DNA from: a virus
Lineage: Duplodnaviria > Caudoviricetes
Direction: 5' to 3' (one strand)
IMG/VR virus record: IMGVR_UViG_3300027805_000006
DNA length: 64,000 bases
The position numbers and the translations under genes were made by a program. Positions 24,368 to 32,794 of this stretch are shown here, one piece after another. Position 1 is the first letter of the stretch. Every line of letters starts with the position of its first letter. The notes beneath the pieces are model-generated. The model had not been told where the DNA came from. It ran no database searches and saw only the letters and a list, made by a program, of their open reading frames with translations.

Positions 24368-25764
24368 GCTGTTGCCTTAACTACCTTCAGCACCGGGTAT
24401 TGGGCTGACTCGTAGTATTTTTTGCGCTCACGATAGTGCTTGCGTGACCACTTTAAACTTGAATGAATATCAACGCAATGCACTCTTTCCTTGTCATCTG
24501 CCTTGCGAAGACCACGACCGATAGATTGAATTGTACGGACAAATGATTTACCTGCATCAATCATCATAAGGTTGAATACACGGTCAATGCTGATACCTGT
24601 GCTTGCAATTCCAAATGTTGCAATGACGATTAGATTGTCGGTGTTTTCAAACATGTGGTACCATTCCGCACGGACATCATTCTCAGTGGCTCCATACAGA
24701 AACACACTATCCTTGATAAGTTTCTGCAGCGCTCTTCCCTGCTTCACTGAATTTACCAGCACAAAGGTATTACCAAATTGATCTGCCTTTGCAATGATAA
24801 GGTCAGCAATAAAGTCAAGTCTATCAGAATTCCTGCTGAGGAAAGTTTTTTCAGATGAATAATCTGGAAATTCTTCTGTTGCAGTTTCTTGAATTTCAAT
24901 CGGCTCAATTTCAAGTTGAGCAAGATAGCCCATCCTGATGAGGTCAGCGGCAGAAATTTCAAATAAGATTTCACCGATTGCACCCCGTAGTGACATCTGG
25001 TCAATCTTTGGCTTTGGGAAGGTGCCGGTAAATCCAAAGCGGTATGCACAGTTTTTACCGTGCTTGTTTATCAACTCTCCAATAGTTTTTGCCGAGGCAC
25101 CGTGGGCTTCATCCACAATAATGCAGTGAAAGTCCTCTACAACAACTGGGTTATTCTGCAGTGCCTGCCAAGTTGCTACTACGGTATAGTGGTGAATGTC
25201 CTTCTTGTTTCCAGAATAAACACCAACATCTAGATTTCCAAGCGTCATGGTGCTAGCAGTCTGCTCAACTAGGTCGGATGAAGGCACAATAACCAAGGTG
25301 CGAAGTTCTTGCTTTGCAAGAATGTCAGCCACACCGGCAATCATCCACGTGTTATGATGAAGAAGCCCATTTGCATCGTAATATGAATGATGATTGGCAT
25401 AAATTGAAATATCGTAAAATTCATCTTCACCATCTGGAATAATATCAACTATCTTTGTTAATCCTGTTTTTGTAACAATTTCATCATTGACATTCAATGA
25501 TGATGCCTTTATTACGCCATTTTTATTAAACACCAAATGACCAGCAGCACACCTCAACTTGCAATTTTCTGTGTGTAGAATAAGTGCTTTGTCAGTTTTT
25601 TTAATAGCAGCAACTGCTAATTCCCAGCCGGTGGGTGTTTCAAATTTAATTTGAAGATCAGAAATATCTACAGGAATATTGACTTCAAATCTGCGCCCCG
25701 TCGTTTCTCCAATGGCGTTGAAGAGTTTCGCAAATGTCGTCAAATAATTTGTGTCTCGGGTCAT
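24364..25764 (-). CDS. uvsW: UvsW SF2 helicase C-part fused to split-intein IntC
   Basis: After ...NGLLHHN|T: VPSSDL, VATWQ, IVDEAH, GFTGT, IATFGIASTGISI, QSIGRGLR. Confidence 0.92.
   Translation of the reverse strand: MTRDTNYLTTFAKLFNAIGETTGRRFEVNIPVDISDLQIKFETPTGWELAVAAIKKTDKALILHTENCKLRCAAGHLVFNKNGVIKASSLNVNDEIVTKTGLTKIVDIIPDGEDEFYDISIYANHHSYYDANGLLHHNTWMIAGVADILAKQELRTLVIVPSSDLVEQTASTMTLGNLDVGVYSGNKKDIHHYTVVATWQALQNNPVVVEDFHCIIVDEAHGASAKTIGELINKHGKNCAYRFGFTGTFPKPKIDQMSLRGAIGEILFEISAADLIRMGYLAQLEIEPIEIQETATEEFPDYSSEKTFLSRNSDRLDFIADLIIAKADQFGNTFVLVNSVKQGRALQKLIKDSVFLYGATENDVRAEWYHMFENTDNLIVIATFGIASTGISIDRVFNLMMIDAGKSFVRTIQSIGRGLRKADDKERVHCVDIHSSLKWSRKHYRERKKYYESAQYPVLKVVKATA
25351..25764 (-). 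mobile_element. split intein C-fragment (138 aa)
   Basis: Block B-like LRCAAGHLVF, block F EFYDISI, block G NGLLHHN followed by Thr+1; two in-frame TAA directly before its ATG. Confidence 0.88.
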
Positions 25765-26605
25765 TTATTATCCATTCTGAATACAAACTTTCTAGGTTTT
25801 TACCGTCAATTGCGCATATACATTTCTTTGCCAAATTTTCTGATTTAGATAACCATTTTAAATTTCGTGGAAATGCAATAAACTTTATATTAACACGATT
25901 TAAAAACCCCGCGCTGATAGAATATTGATGATCTAGATGTCTTATTCCATTCTTACTTTCACTACTTTGATTTATTTGGTCTTCAAACATACGTGCTGAA
26001 ATTTTTGTTAAAATTCCAACATAATGCTTGTATTGTATCTTACGATCGCGCTCCTTGATAAGTTCTTGTGGGATAGATGAAGTTTTTTGTAGTTCTTTTC
26101 TTGAGGAAACTGTTTCAGCCCATTTTTTGTTTCTTATTAACCATAATTTTATGCCTTCTTCTAATCCATTTCTCTCAACAAATTTTTCAATTCTTCCTGT
26201 TGATTGTCTCTGTTTTTGAAGAATTTTTGCTTTCTCAAAATCATTATCGGTTTTCTTAAGAAAATATTTTATGCCGGTGGTGTTTTTAGAAATACTAGAC
26301 TTTTGAAAAAGTGAATTACCTAACGCTTCTCCGTGTCTAGAAATTTTTGCTTTTAGCGAAGAAGTATCACAATTTTTAGGTTTCCATTTTTTTATTTTAT
26401 TCTGAACGTGCTCTGAATAAAGTTTAGTAGCGCGATCTTTAGTAAAACCAGAACAAAATCTATTCAAATCTATTGATGTTTTACTGCTTGATTTACAGTT
26501 ACACAAAACAACTTCTGTTAATATTTTACTCCTAGCGCGTTTAAATTCAGAACCGCAATGCAAGCAGCGGGGTGTATTAAGTACGTGACCTTTCCAAGTT
26601 TTCAA
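25685..26605 (-). mobile_element. free-standing HNH-type homing endonuclease inside uvsW
   Basis: Own AGGAGA RBS plus TTG; CxxC motif; NGLEEG repeat; HLDHQYSISAGF...NLKWLSKSENLAK HNH core; visibly AT-rich. Confidence 0.8.
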
Positions 26606-27089
26606 AATATTCTCCTATAATTCCACCTACACGTATATTTATAGGAGTATTTCCATCAATGCATTTCCCACTACCAGTGGCTGCCAGAATGAAGCCAGAA
26701 GTTGCTTCAAGCGCAGCATTCACAGCATCAACTTGGTATGGGCGGAGAACAACACCTAGTTTGTGTTCAGGCTTGTCTTTAAACCAATTGGCGTGAATAC
26801 GAGTTTGTACAATCGGCTGGGCTTTCCTATTATCAACAATTTCTAAGTCATATCCCCATTTATCAAGATACGGAGTCACTTCGTCCAATAGCCGAAAATA
26901 GATTTTGCCAGCCTTATCAAAAAAATGTACTTTACCATCCCAACGACCGAGCCGGTACAAGGGCATAAAATATGCTCCTTCCACCATTACTGCAAATTTT
27001 TCCTCCAGAACCTTATGATCAGCCGGTTCTAGCCCAGAAATCCTGCAAAACACCTCATCATCTACGGTTATGAAAACTTTTTTACTCAT
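26577..27089 (-). CDS. uvsW: UvsW helicase N-part fused to split-intein IntN
   Basis: RLGRWDGK, LRPYQ Q-motif, LAATGSGK followed by intein block A CIDGNTPINIRV and a stop. Confidence 0.92.
   Translation of the reverse strand: MSKKVFITVDDEVFCRISGLEPADHKVLEEKFAVMVEGAYFMPLYRLGRWDGKVHFFDKAGKIYFRLLDEVTPYLDKWGYDLEIVDNRKAQPIVQTRIHANWFKDKPEHKLGVVLRPYQVDAVNAALEATSGFILAATGSGKCIDGNTPINIRVGGIIGEYFENLERSRT
26580..26663 (-). mobile_element. split intein N-fragment (28 aa)
   Basis: CIDGNTPINIRVGGIIGEYFENLERSRT; Cys1 directly after Walker A Lys. Confidence 0.85.
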
Positions 27090-27532
27090 TCTTGACTAAA
27101 TGAAAAATGGCGTTCTAGATTATTCTTCCTGATATAGGAGATAGGTGTGATGTTCAAATTTGCTGCAGTAACAGTAATCATAGTCATCAGAGTGCTAATC
27201 TTAAGTTGCTCAATTGCAGTAATACTATGTTCAGGGCTAAGCACTGCCTTAATCTTTGCCCCGTTGGTGTGTTCGTGAAAAGAGATTACAAAATCGTCAT
27301 TGACAAAATTTACCGTCATAGCAGGAAAACAATTTTTTGTCAAACTTACGCTGCTCTTTGAAATATTAATTGGCGAAGAAGCAGAAGTACTTCCAAAACT
27401 TCCACCAGATATAATTGATCCTGATGTTATAGACGGTGACATTGGTTGATTGGTAATCGAGTACGTATAGTTTAGTGTTCCTGAAGCATCAGCGGTCACA
27501 CTAATACCACTATCATCGGTAGAATTTGACAT
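27086..27532 (-). CDS. hypothetical protein, Ser-rich N-terminus
   Basis: AAGGAAG RBS; coupled to uvsW. Confidence 0.7.
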   Translation of the reverse strand: MSNSTDDSGISVTADASGTLNYTYSITNQPMSPSITSGSIISGGSFGSTSASSPINISKSSVSLTKNCFPAMTVNFVNDDFVISFHEHTNGAKIKAVLSPEHSITAIEQLKISTLMTMITVTAANLNITPISYIRKNNLERHFSFSQE

Positions 27533-27541
27533 ATATCTTCC

Positions 27542-28003
27542 TTATAAAATAATATCGTTGAGGGATGCTACACGCAATTTTACAATATTTGAAAGCATCC
27601 AGCCCATTTGTTTGAATGATTCAACAATTGATTCAAGTCGCTGCTGGTACAAACTTGCTTCTACGATAAGTTGATTATGCTCTATCATATCTTTTTCACC
27701 AGAGATAAGCACACTTGTTTCTCTAGCACCAAAAGCGCGCTGACCATTTAGGTAGTTTTTGGTCAGCCGTGCCTCAATTCTACTCTTGTAGTTTTCCAAC
27801 CACTTCACAAGTTGCTTTGCTTCCTGTGCAAGTTGGTCATACCTCATCTGATGATGGGGCAGATTTCTAATGAGTATTTCTAGCCGTTCTCCACCAAGTT
27901 CAAACAGTGGTTCTGCTTGTGTAATACTTTCTTCGTACCGTGCAAAGAACGAAACAAGTTCATCTGCTAATTTATTTTCATCAATCTGGAGAAGAACGGT
28001 CAT
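27542..28003 (-). CDS. uvsY: UvsY-like recombination mediator
   Basis: All-helical 153 aa; C-terminal LESIVESFKQMGWMLSNIVKLR pattern; lies between uvsX and uvsW. Confidence 0.7.
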   Translation of the reverse strand: MTVLLQIDENKLADELVSFFARYEESITQAEPLFELGGERLEILIRNLPHHQMRYDQLAQEAKQLVKWLENYKSRIEARLTKNYLNGQRAFGARETSVLISGEKDMIEHNQLIVEASLYQQRLESIVESFKQMGWMLSNIVKLRVASLNDIIL

Positions 28004-28266
28004 TCGCTACCCCTTTTTGAGATAATAAACTCATTTTCGTCATAGTCATAGTCAATAATCTGATTGGCTAAAAGTATTGCAGTTTGATAATCAACTATGA
28101 CCTTAGGTATGTGAGAAATGATGCTATCACCAGGTTGCGCCTCGGCATTAGGCTCTAAATCAATGTGTGAGCCAGCCTGAATTGTTCCAATTGCCTGAAC
28201 ACGAAAGCATTTGCCTGGCTCTAAAATCTGTAAAATCTTAGAGCGGGCACAAAGTGTAATCCGCAT
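28000..28266 (-). CDS. hypothetical protein (88 aa)
   Basis: Coupled ORF. Confidence 0.65.
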   Translation of the reverse strand: MRITLCARSKILQILEPGKCFRVQAIGTIQAGSHIDLEPNAEAQPGDSIISHIPKVIVDYQTAILLANQIIDYDYDENEFIISKRGSE

Positions 28267-28274
28267 AGTTTAGA

Positions 28275-28302
28275 AATTAGGGGAAAATTACTTCCCCTAA
28301 TT
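28275..28302. terminator. 11-bp stem hairpin
   Basis: AATTAGGGGAA-AATTAC-TTCCCCTAATT. Confidence 0.55.
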
Positions 28303-28306
28303 AGTA

Positions 28307-28480
28307 TTACTCTGCGTCGTCATCCGCCTTCTTTGGAAGAAGGCTTAGATTTTCTACGGCGGCGCGTAGCGCCTTATTCAACTTACCTACTGATGAATAG
28401 ACTTCTGTAGTAGTCTTACCATCAGCAGTTACAGATAGAATAAAGCCACCCTTTGCAAATTGTACAACAATATTATCCAT
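28307..28480 (-). CDS. small hypothetical protein
   Basis: Likely start MDNIVV right after the uvsX stop, GAGG RBS. Confidence 0.65.
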   Translation of the reverse strand: MDNIVVQFAKGGFILSVTADGKTTTEVYSSVGKLNKALRAAVENLSLLPKKADDDAE

Positions 28481-28481
28481 T

Positions 28482-29609
28482 TTATTCCTCAATTGGTTGC
28501 ATCTTTCGGGTGCGTTTGCCCTTAGATGTGGTTAATTCATCCTGATCAACAATTTGACCAAGTTCTTCCTCAGTGGCATCTGACCCCCCACGCACAAGCA
28601 TAGGCACACACGCTGGGTGCTTTAGGAGTTTGAGAGCAATCTCTTCATCGAAGTCCTTTTCCTTGAAGGTAATTCGCTCATCTCCAACTTCTGCAACATA
28701 CAGAAGTTTTTCTCCTGGCTGCGTTCCCTTTGCAGTCACACCCATTTCAACTAGCATCTCAAGAAGACCGCTTGTTGCCGCCATACCACGGTTATAAGGA
28801 ACTTCCAGTTCAACTTTGGTACCAAGTTTTGCGAAGCGAGACTTGTAGGTCTCAAATCGCATCCTTACGCCAGTTACTTCACCTTCTTCCTTCAACTTCA
28901 ACTTGGTAACGATACCAATAATTGAAGATGAGAACTTAGTTGAGTTAGTGATTGCCCAGGCACCATCACCCATCATGATATCTTGAGGATACACGTGATC
29001 GGTAATTACCATCGAGATTGGAAGACGACCAATGTGACCTACAGCAAGTCGAAGCATTGCCTTCCGGCGCTTTGCTAAGATGCCTTGGTCAGCCTTAATG
29101 GTACCATCTCGATCATAGTTTTCCATCTCAGTGCTTGAACTTAGCATTGCTAGACTATCAAGCACGATGAGGGTCTTTTGCGCAGAAAGATTATCCTTGC
29201 CAAATGCCTTGATATATCCGCTGAAGAACTCAGCAAGCACGCGGTTGACATCCTCAATGGTAGTAACTGACATATACGTCAGCGCCTCATCAGTGATATT
29301 AACACCAATCTTGCGAAGATAATCTACATCAATTGCGTGCTCGCTGTCTAGATAGAGCACGTGATATCCTTCACGCTGCGCCTGCAGCGCAATATTTGAA
29401 GCAATGAAACTCTTACCAGAACCTGATGGTCCAGCAAATAGAGAAATCTTGCCCAGCGGAATTCCCTTTAGGAAATCACCGCTTAGTGCTCGATTGAGCG
29501 CAAAATTGCCAGTAGATAGCCATTCTTCAGTGGTCTTGATGCCCACACCGACGGTATCGAGTTTAGCAATTTCCTTCTTGAATTTATCCAAAAAAGGTAA
29601 TCCAGCCAT
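28482..29609 (-). CDS. uvsX: UvsX/RecA-like recombinase
   Basis: LSTGNFALN, GPSGSGKS, LDSEHA, LIVLDSL, KSRF, EVPYNRG. Confidence 0.93.
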   Translation of the reverse strand: MAGLPFLDKFKKEIAKLDTVGVGIKTTEEWLSTGNFALNRALSGDFLKGIPLGKISLFAGPSGSGKSFIASNIALQAQREGYHVLYLDSEHAIDVDYLRKIGVNITDEALTYMSVTTIEDVNRVLAEFFSGYIKAFGKDNLSAQKTLIVLDSLAMLSSSTEMENYDRDGTIKADQGILAKRRKAMLRLAVGHIGRLPISMVITDHVYPQDIMMGDGAWAITNSTKFSSSIIGIVTKLKLKEEGEVTGVRMRFETYKSRFAKLGTKVELEVPYNRGMAATSGLLEMLVEMGVTAKGTQPGEKLLYVAEVGDERITFKEKDFDEEIALKLLKHPACVPMLVRGGSDATEEELGQIVDQDELTTSKGKRTRKMQPIEE

Positions 29610-29637
29610 ATTTTACTCCTATCTGATACCCAAGGAT

Positions 29638-29662
29638 GGTGAGGAGGATTAACCTCCACACC
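29638..29662. other. GC-rich hairpin between SSB and uvsX without U-tract
   Basis: GGTG-A-GGAGG-ATTAA-CCTCC-A-CACC. Confidence 0.4.
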
Positions 29663-29674
29663 TCCGGAGTAAAG

Positions 29675-30574
29675 TTACTCGGCAGTCGCAGCAGCCTTCT
29701 GCTGTTGTCGAAGCCGAAGTTGTTCAACTACACTCAACTTCTTACCTTCTGCAGGAGCAGATGGAGCGGGAGCCGGTGCAGGAGCCTCATCAGTGCTGGT
29801 TGAAAGTGCCTTGGCAACCTTTGATACTGCAGGCTTGGCAGGTGCAGCATCTTCAGCATCTTCACCATTTGGTAGTGAAGAGCCAGTCTGATCAGCGATC
29901 AGCATCGCTTCAAGTTGCTCTCGCGAAACCTTAGAAGTGCGATATGCCTTCAGGTCAAATAGTTCGATTGCCTCAAGTACGTCGTCAGCAACATCAGTTT
30001 GCTTAGGAGAGAAACTAGAGGTACCATAGTCAGCATACTGACCAGATTGGGTCTTCTTGATACGGAAGTTATACCCACCCTTTAGTTCGTAAGGAGGTTC
30101 CTCAAGATCACCGCTTTGGAAGGCTGCTTGAATTTGCTTGAAGATCTTTGGTCCAAACTCGATCAACTTAACAAGTTGCTCTGTGTCGTGCTCGACAGGG
30201 GTCTCAAGAACTAGCACTTGACCAATGTAGCCCTTCTTACGGTAGTACTTCTTACCGAGTTCAGGGTTGTGCTCAGGATCCTTTTCATCGTAGTACTTAG
30301 AGGACAGGGCGCAGATTGGGCAGTCCTCGCCGTGCATCTTCAGGCAGGCAACCTTCTCACGCTTACCATTTACAACAAGATCGTGAGTTAGGTTTTCCAC
30401 GAGGAAACCCATCGGATTATCTTCATCTAGGTCGGGTAGGAAGCGGACAACAGAAACGCTGTCTGCGGGTGCCTTCCAAAAATTGAAAAACTTCTTCCAA
30501 TTTTGGTCACCACCAGTGCCGGTGGTCTTTTGGGCGAATGAGGCGGCTAGGTCAGCCAGAGTACGTTTTGCCAT
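29675..30574 (-). CDS. single-stranded DNA-binding protein (T4 gp32-like)
   Basis: VVRFLP, H...C...CPIC zinc ligands, GPKIFKQI, GYNFRIKK, YADY; start reassigned to MAKRTL (GGAA RBS). Confidence 0.9.
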   Translation of the reverse strand: MAKRTLADLAASFAQKTTGTGGDQNWKKFFNFWKAPADSVSVVRFLPDLDEDNPMGFLVENLTHDLVVNGKREKVACLKMHGEDCPICALSSKYYDEKDPEHNPELGKKYYRKKGYIGQVLVLETPVEHDTEQLVKLIEFGPKIFKQIQAAFQSGDLEEPPYELKGGYNFRIKKTQSGQYADYGTSSFSPKQTDVADDVLEAIELFDLKAYRTSKVSREQLEAMLIADQTGSSLPNGEDAEDAAPAKPAVSKVAKALSTSTDEAPAPAPAPSAPAEGKKLSVVEQLRLRQQQKAAATAE

Positions 30575-30646
30575 TTTATAAATTCCTTCAAAGTTAGAAT
30601 AAACAAGATTGATTTTGTATAAACAGTGTTGATTGCTCAACAATTT

Positions 30647-30654
30647 TATTTATA
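30647..30654 (-). promoter_or_regulatory. T4-type late promoter upstream of SSB
   Basis: TATAAATA. Confidence 0.55.
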
Positions 30655-30752
30655 CGCTTCCACACAAAGATGATGGTATCAACCTCCAAAAAGTCAGAAT
30701 GCTATTTCCAACGTTTTTAATTATACCACCTTCTAGTGTTCTGGTGTGCGAA

Positions 30753-31904
30753 TTAACAGGTCTGAAGTACAATTTCATCAACTTCGCTACCTGCCCGCGC
30801 ACAAGTCTGGCTGTAGTATTGGCGTGCAACAGCATCATATCCAACACTTTTGTCTGGTCGTGTTTCCTGGCGAACCATCAGAGTTTCAATGTCACACCAG
30901 AATTCCACTGCAACTACCTTCATTCGGTTTTGTCTTGCCAACTGAACGTATCTTGCTCTTGCCTTCTTAGAGGCATTTACGTTGTCAATGGTAATGCCAA
31001 ATTTCTTTCGGTCGGCATCTTGCATCAACGTACGTAGGTCTTCCGCAATATATTTGTCAAACTTTGTTTTGTGCTCATTGCAGAAGTTCCAAGCATCAGC
31101 ATACAGACGCTTTACATCATCTGAGCTGTGCCCGTGCTTATTCATATAGAATGATAGCCTAAGTACATCAAGCGAGTGATAAACCGTGTTTTGGAGATTT
31201 TCCCTGAAATAGGTAGATTTTCCGGCGCCTGAAGGTCCGATTAGAATGTAGCAGGTACCCTCAGCCTCATCAAAGGTATTCAACGCATCCTCTTGGATAT
31301 TTGAAAACGTTGAAATCCAGTTCTTCACCCTTTCAAGTTTTTCCTGGTGGTTATCAGACGTTCTGCCTGCGGCATCTGACCTTAGGCAGTCAAAGAAAAT
31401 ATCACAGTGATGAAGCGTTGAAAGAGTTGCCCTCTTTAGTGCACTCAGCTTTGCCTCATCTTTTATGCCATACGGCAGGTGGTGCTCGATTATCCACCGA
31501 ACTCTTCGTGCATCCTCGGCGCTCAGCAACGAGCGCAGCCTCTCGCTCTTCAACCAATGCTCTGTAAAAATAACTGCAGAAAGAAGTTCGTGCCCAGGGT
31601 AGCGACGATACGTCTGACCATCCGAAGTTTTGACCGTTTCCTCTGCCTTTGGCTTTCCAGCATCGTGAAATAGAAGAGAACATACAGCAATGATGTTGTG
31701 GGTTAGTGGGCGAAATGATGAAAAATTCTTGATGTAATGGTCAATGACCATCTCAGTGTGTGTCCAGACGTTTTCCTCTCTGTGATATGGGCTATTCTCA
31801 GACGTGTTGAGCATTGCCACGCCTGCAGCAGAAGCCTCAAGCGAGACAATCACCTCCCACAGTTCTGGAGAAAAGTCAAAATCAGTCTGTTGAAGAATTT
31901 TCAT
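30753..31904 (-). CDS. HD-domain phosphoesterase / polynucleotide kinase (HD-Pnk)
   Basis: YHRE.NVWTHT, LFHDAGK, IEHH, SDAAGR HD motifs; P-loop GPSGAGKST, IDNVN, R..Y. Confidence 0.85.
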   Translation of the reverse strand: MKILQQTDFDFSPELWEVIVSLEASAAGVAMLNTSENSPYHREENVWTHTEMVIDHYIKNFSSFRPLTHNIIAVCSLLFHDAGKPKAEETVKTSDGQTYRRYPGHELLSAVIFTEHWLKSERLRSLLSAEDARRVRWIIEHHLPYGIKDEAKLSALKRATLSTLHHCDIFFDCLRSDAAGRTSDNHQEKLERVKNWISTFSNIQEDALNTFDEAEGTCYILIGPSGAGKSTYFRENLQNTVYHSLDVLRLSFYMNKHGHSSDDVKRLYADAWNFCNEHKTKFDKYIAEDLRTLMQDADRKKFGITIDNVNASKKARARYVQLARQNRMKVVAVEFWCDIETLMVRQETRPDKSVGYDAVARQYYSQTCARAGSEVDEIVLQTC

Positions 31905-32242
31905 CAGTCAATATTAGAAACTACACGAGCAGAAATGCCGTGTTCAGCAAGCACCTTCACAAAGGCTCGCGCACCTTCTTCCTTCGCGTACATCCACTGC
32001 GTGCTGTTCCTAGAAGGGTTGAAGATGTTGTAGCCGCCGTAGAACTCATCAACATTGCCAACCTTTTGGTCCTTCAACATCGACACAAAGCGACCACGAG
32101 CAGGACGAATATTCACATGCACAAACCCACAGGGATACCACTCGCCTGGATGGTCAGAGAGGTACTTCTGCGTAGCAGCACCTGCAAGTCGAGTTGCTTC
32201 ATTGAAGACGTCAAGTTCCTTCTGATACTGGTATGGTTGCAT
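31904..32242 (-). CDS. hypothetical protein (112 aa)
   Basis: Start reassigned to MQPYQY with AAGGA RBS; YPCGFV...TQWMYAKE motif. Confidence 0.7.
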   Translation of the reverse strand: MQPYQYQKELDVFNEATRLAGAATQKYLSDHPGEWYPCGFVHVNIRPARGRFVSMLKDQKVGNVDEFYGGYNIFNPSRNSTQWMYAKEEGARAFVKVLAEHGISARVVSNID

Positions 32243-32255
32243 ACTGATATCCTTC

Positions 32256-32690
32256 TTAGAAGTGGGGGTTACGCTCATCGACAGTTCCAGAGACAAGAGA
32301 GAATGTACCTCCAATCTCCTTCCATGCCGGTCGGTTCTTGCAGCGGTTAAAGCGTGCACCCGTAGAGGTAGTAATCCTCCACGACTTGGTAATCCTTACA
32401 ATCTTTCCACACGGATAGTAGTCACCATTGAAGCCGCGAGAAACATCATCCCCTACTGTAGGCGCTTCAAATACCTCAAACCGTGGAGAAACACTAGATG
32501 AATTATCGGCAGAAAGCCATACATTTCCAGTCATCGCAGTAATATAGACTGCTAGTTTTTCGGCTTCTTCCATTGAAGAGACATCTTGCCGTAGCGACAT
32601 CCAGCCATTGACCTTGTCCCAAGTAGCATTCTTTGGGAACTCACTTGAAACTTCAACTGGAAGACCATTGACCATACGCACATACTTCAT
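32256..32690 (-). CDS. hypothetical protein (144 aa)
   Basis: Start reassigned to MKYVRM with AAGGAG RBS; TATAAT at 32715-32720. Confidence 0.7.
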   Translation of the reverse strand: MKYVRMVNGLPVEVSSEFPKNATWDKVNGWMSLRQDVSSMEEAEKLAVYITAMTGNVWLSADNSSSVSPRFEVFEAPTVGDDVSRGFNGDYYPCGKIVRITKSWRITTSTGARFNRCKNRPAWKEIGGTFSLVSGTVDERNPHF

Positions 32691-32746
32691 ACAATATCTC
32701 CTTCCATAGATGCTATTATACACCAGTTTCTGCGGAAAAAGAAACA

Positions 32747-32776
32747 AAAAAGTGTGTCATTTTAGACACACTTTTT
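32747..32776 (-). terminator. intrinsic terminator after the fibre cluster
   Basis: AAAAAGTGTGTC-ATTTTA-GACACACTTTTT; T-tract on the minus strand. Confidence 0.75.
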
Positions 32777-32794
32777 CTTAACCTGCCTTAGAAA

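Noticed and set aside
25685-26605. Group I intron or programmed frameshift explaining the uvsW break
   Set aside because: Both downstream ORFs have their own starts, overlap their neighbours leaving no room for a structured intron core, and two in-frame stops precede the C-part ATG; the intein blocks explain the break. RT-PCR is still needed for formal exclusion.
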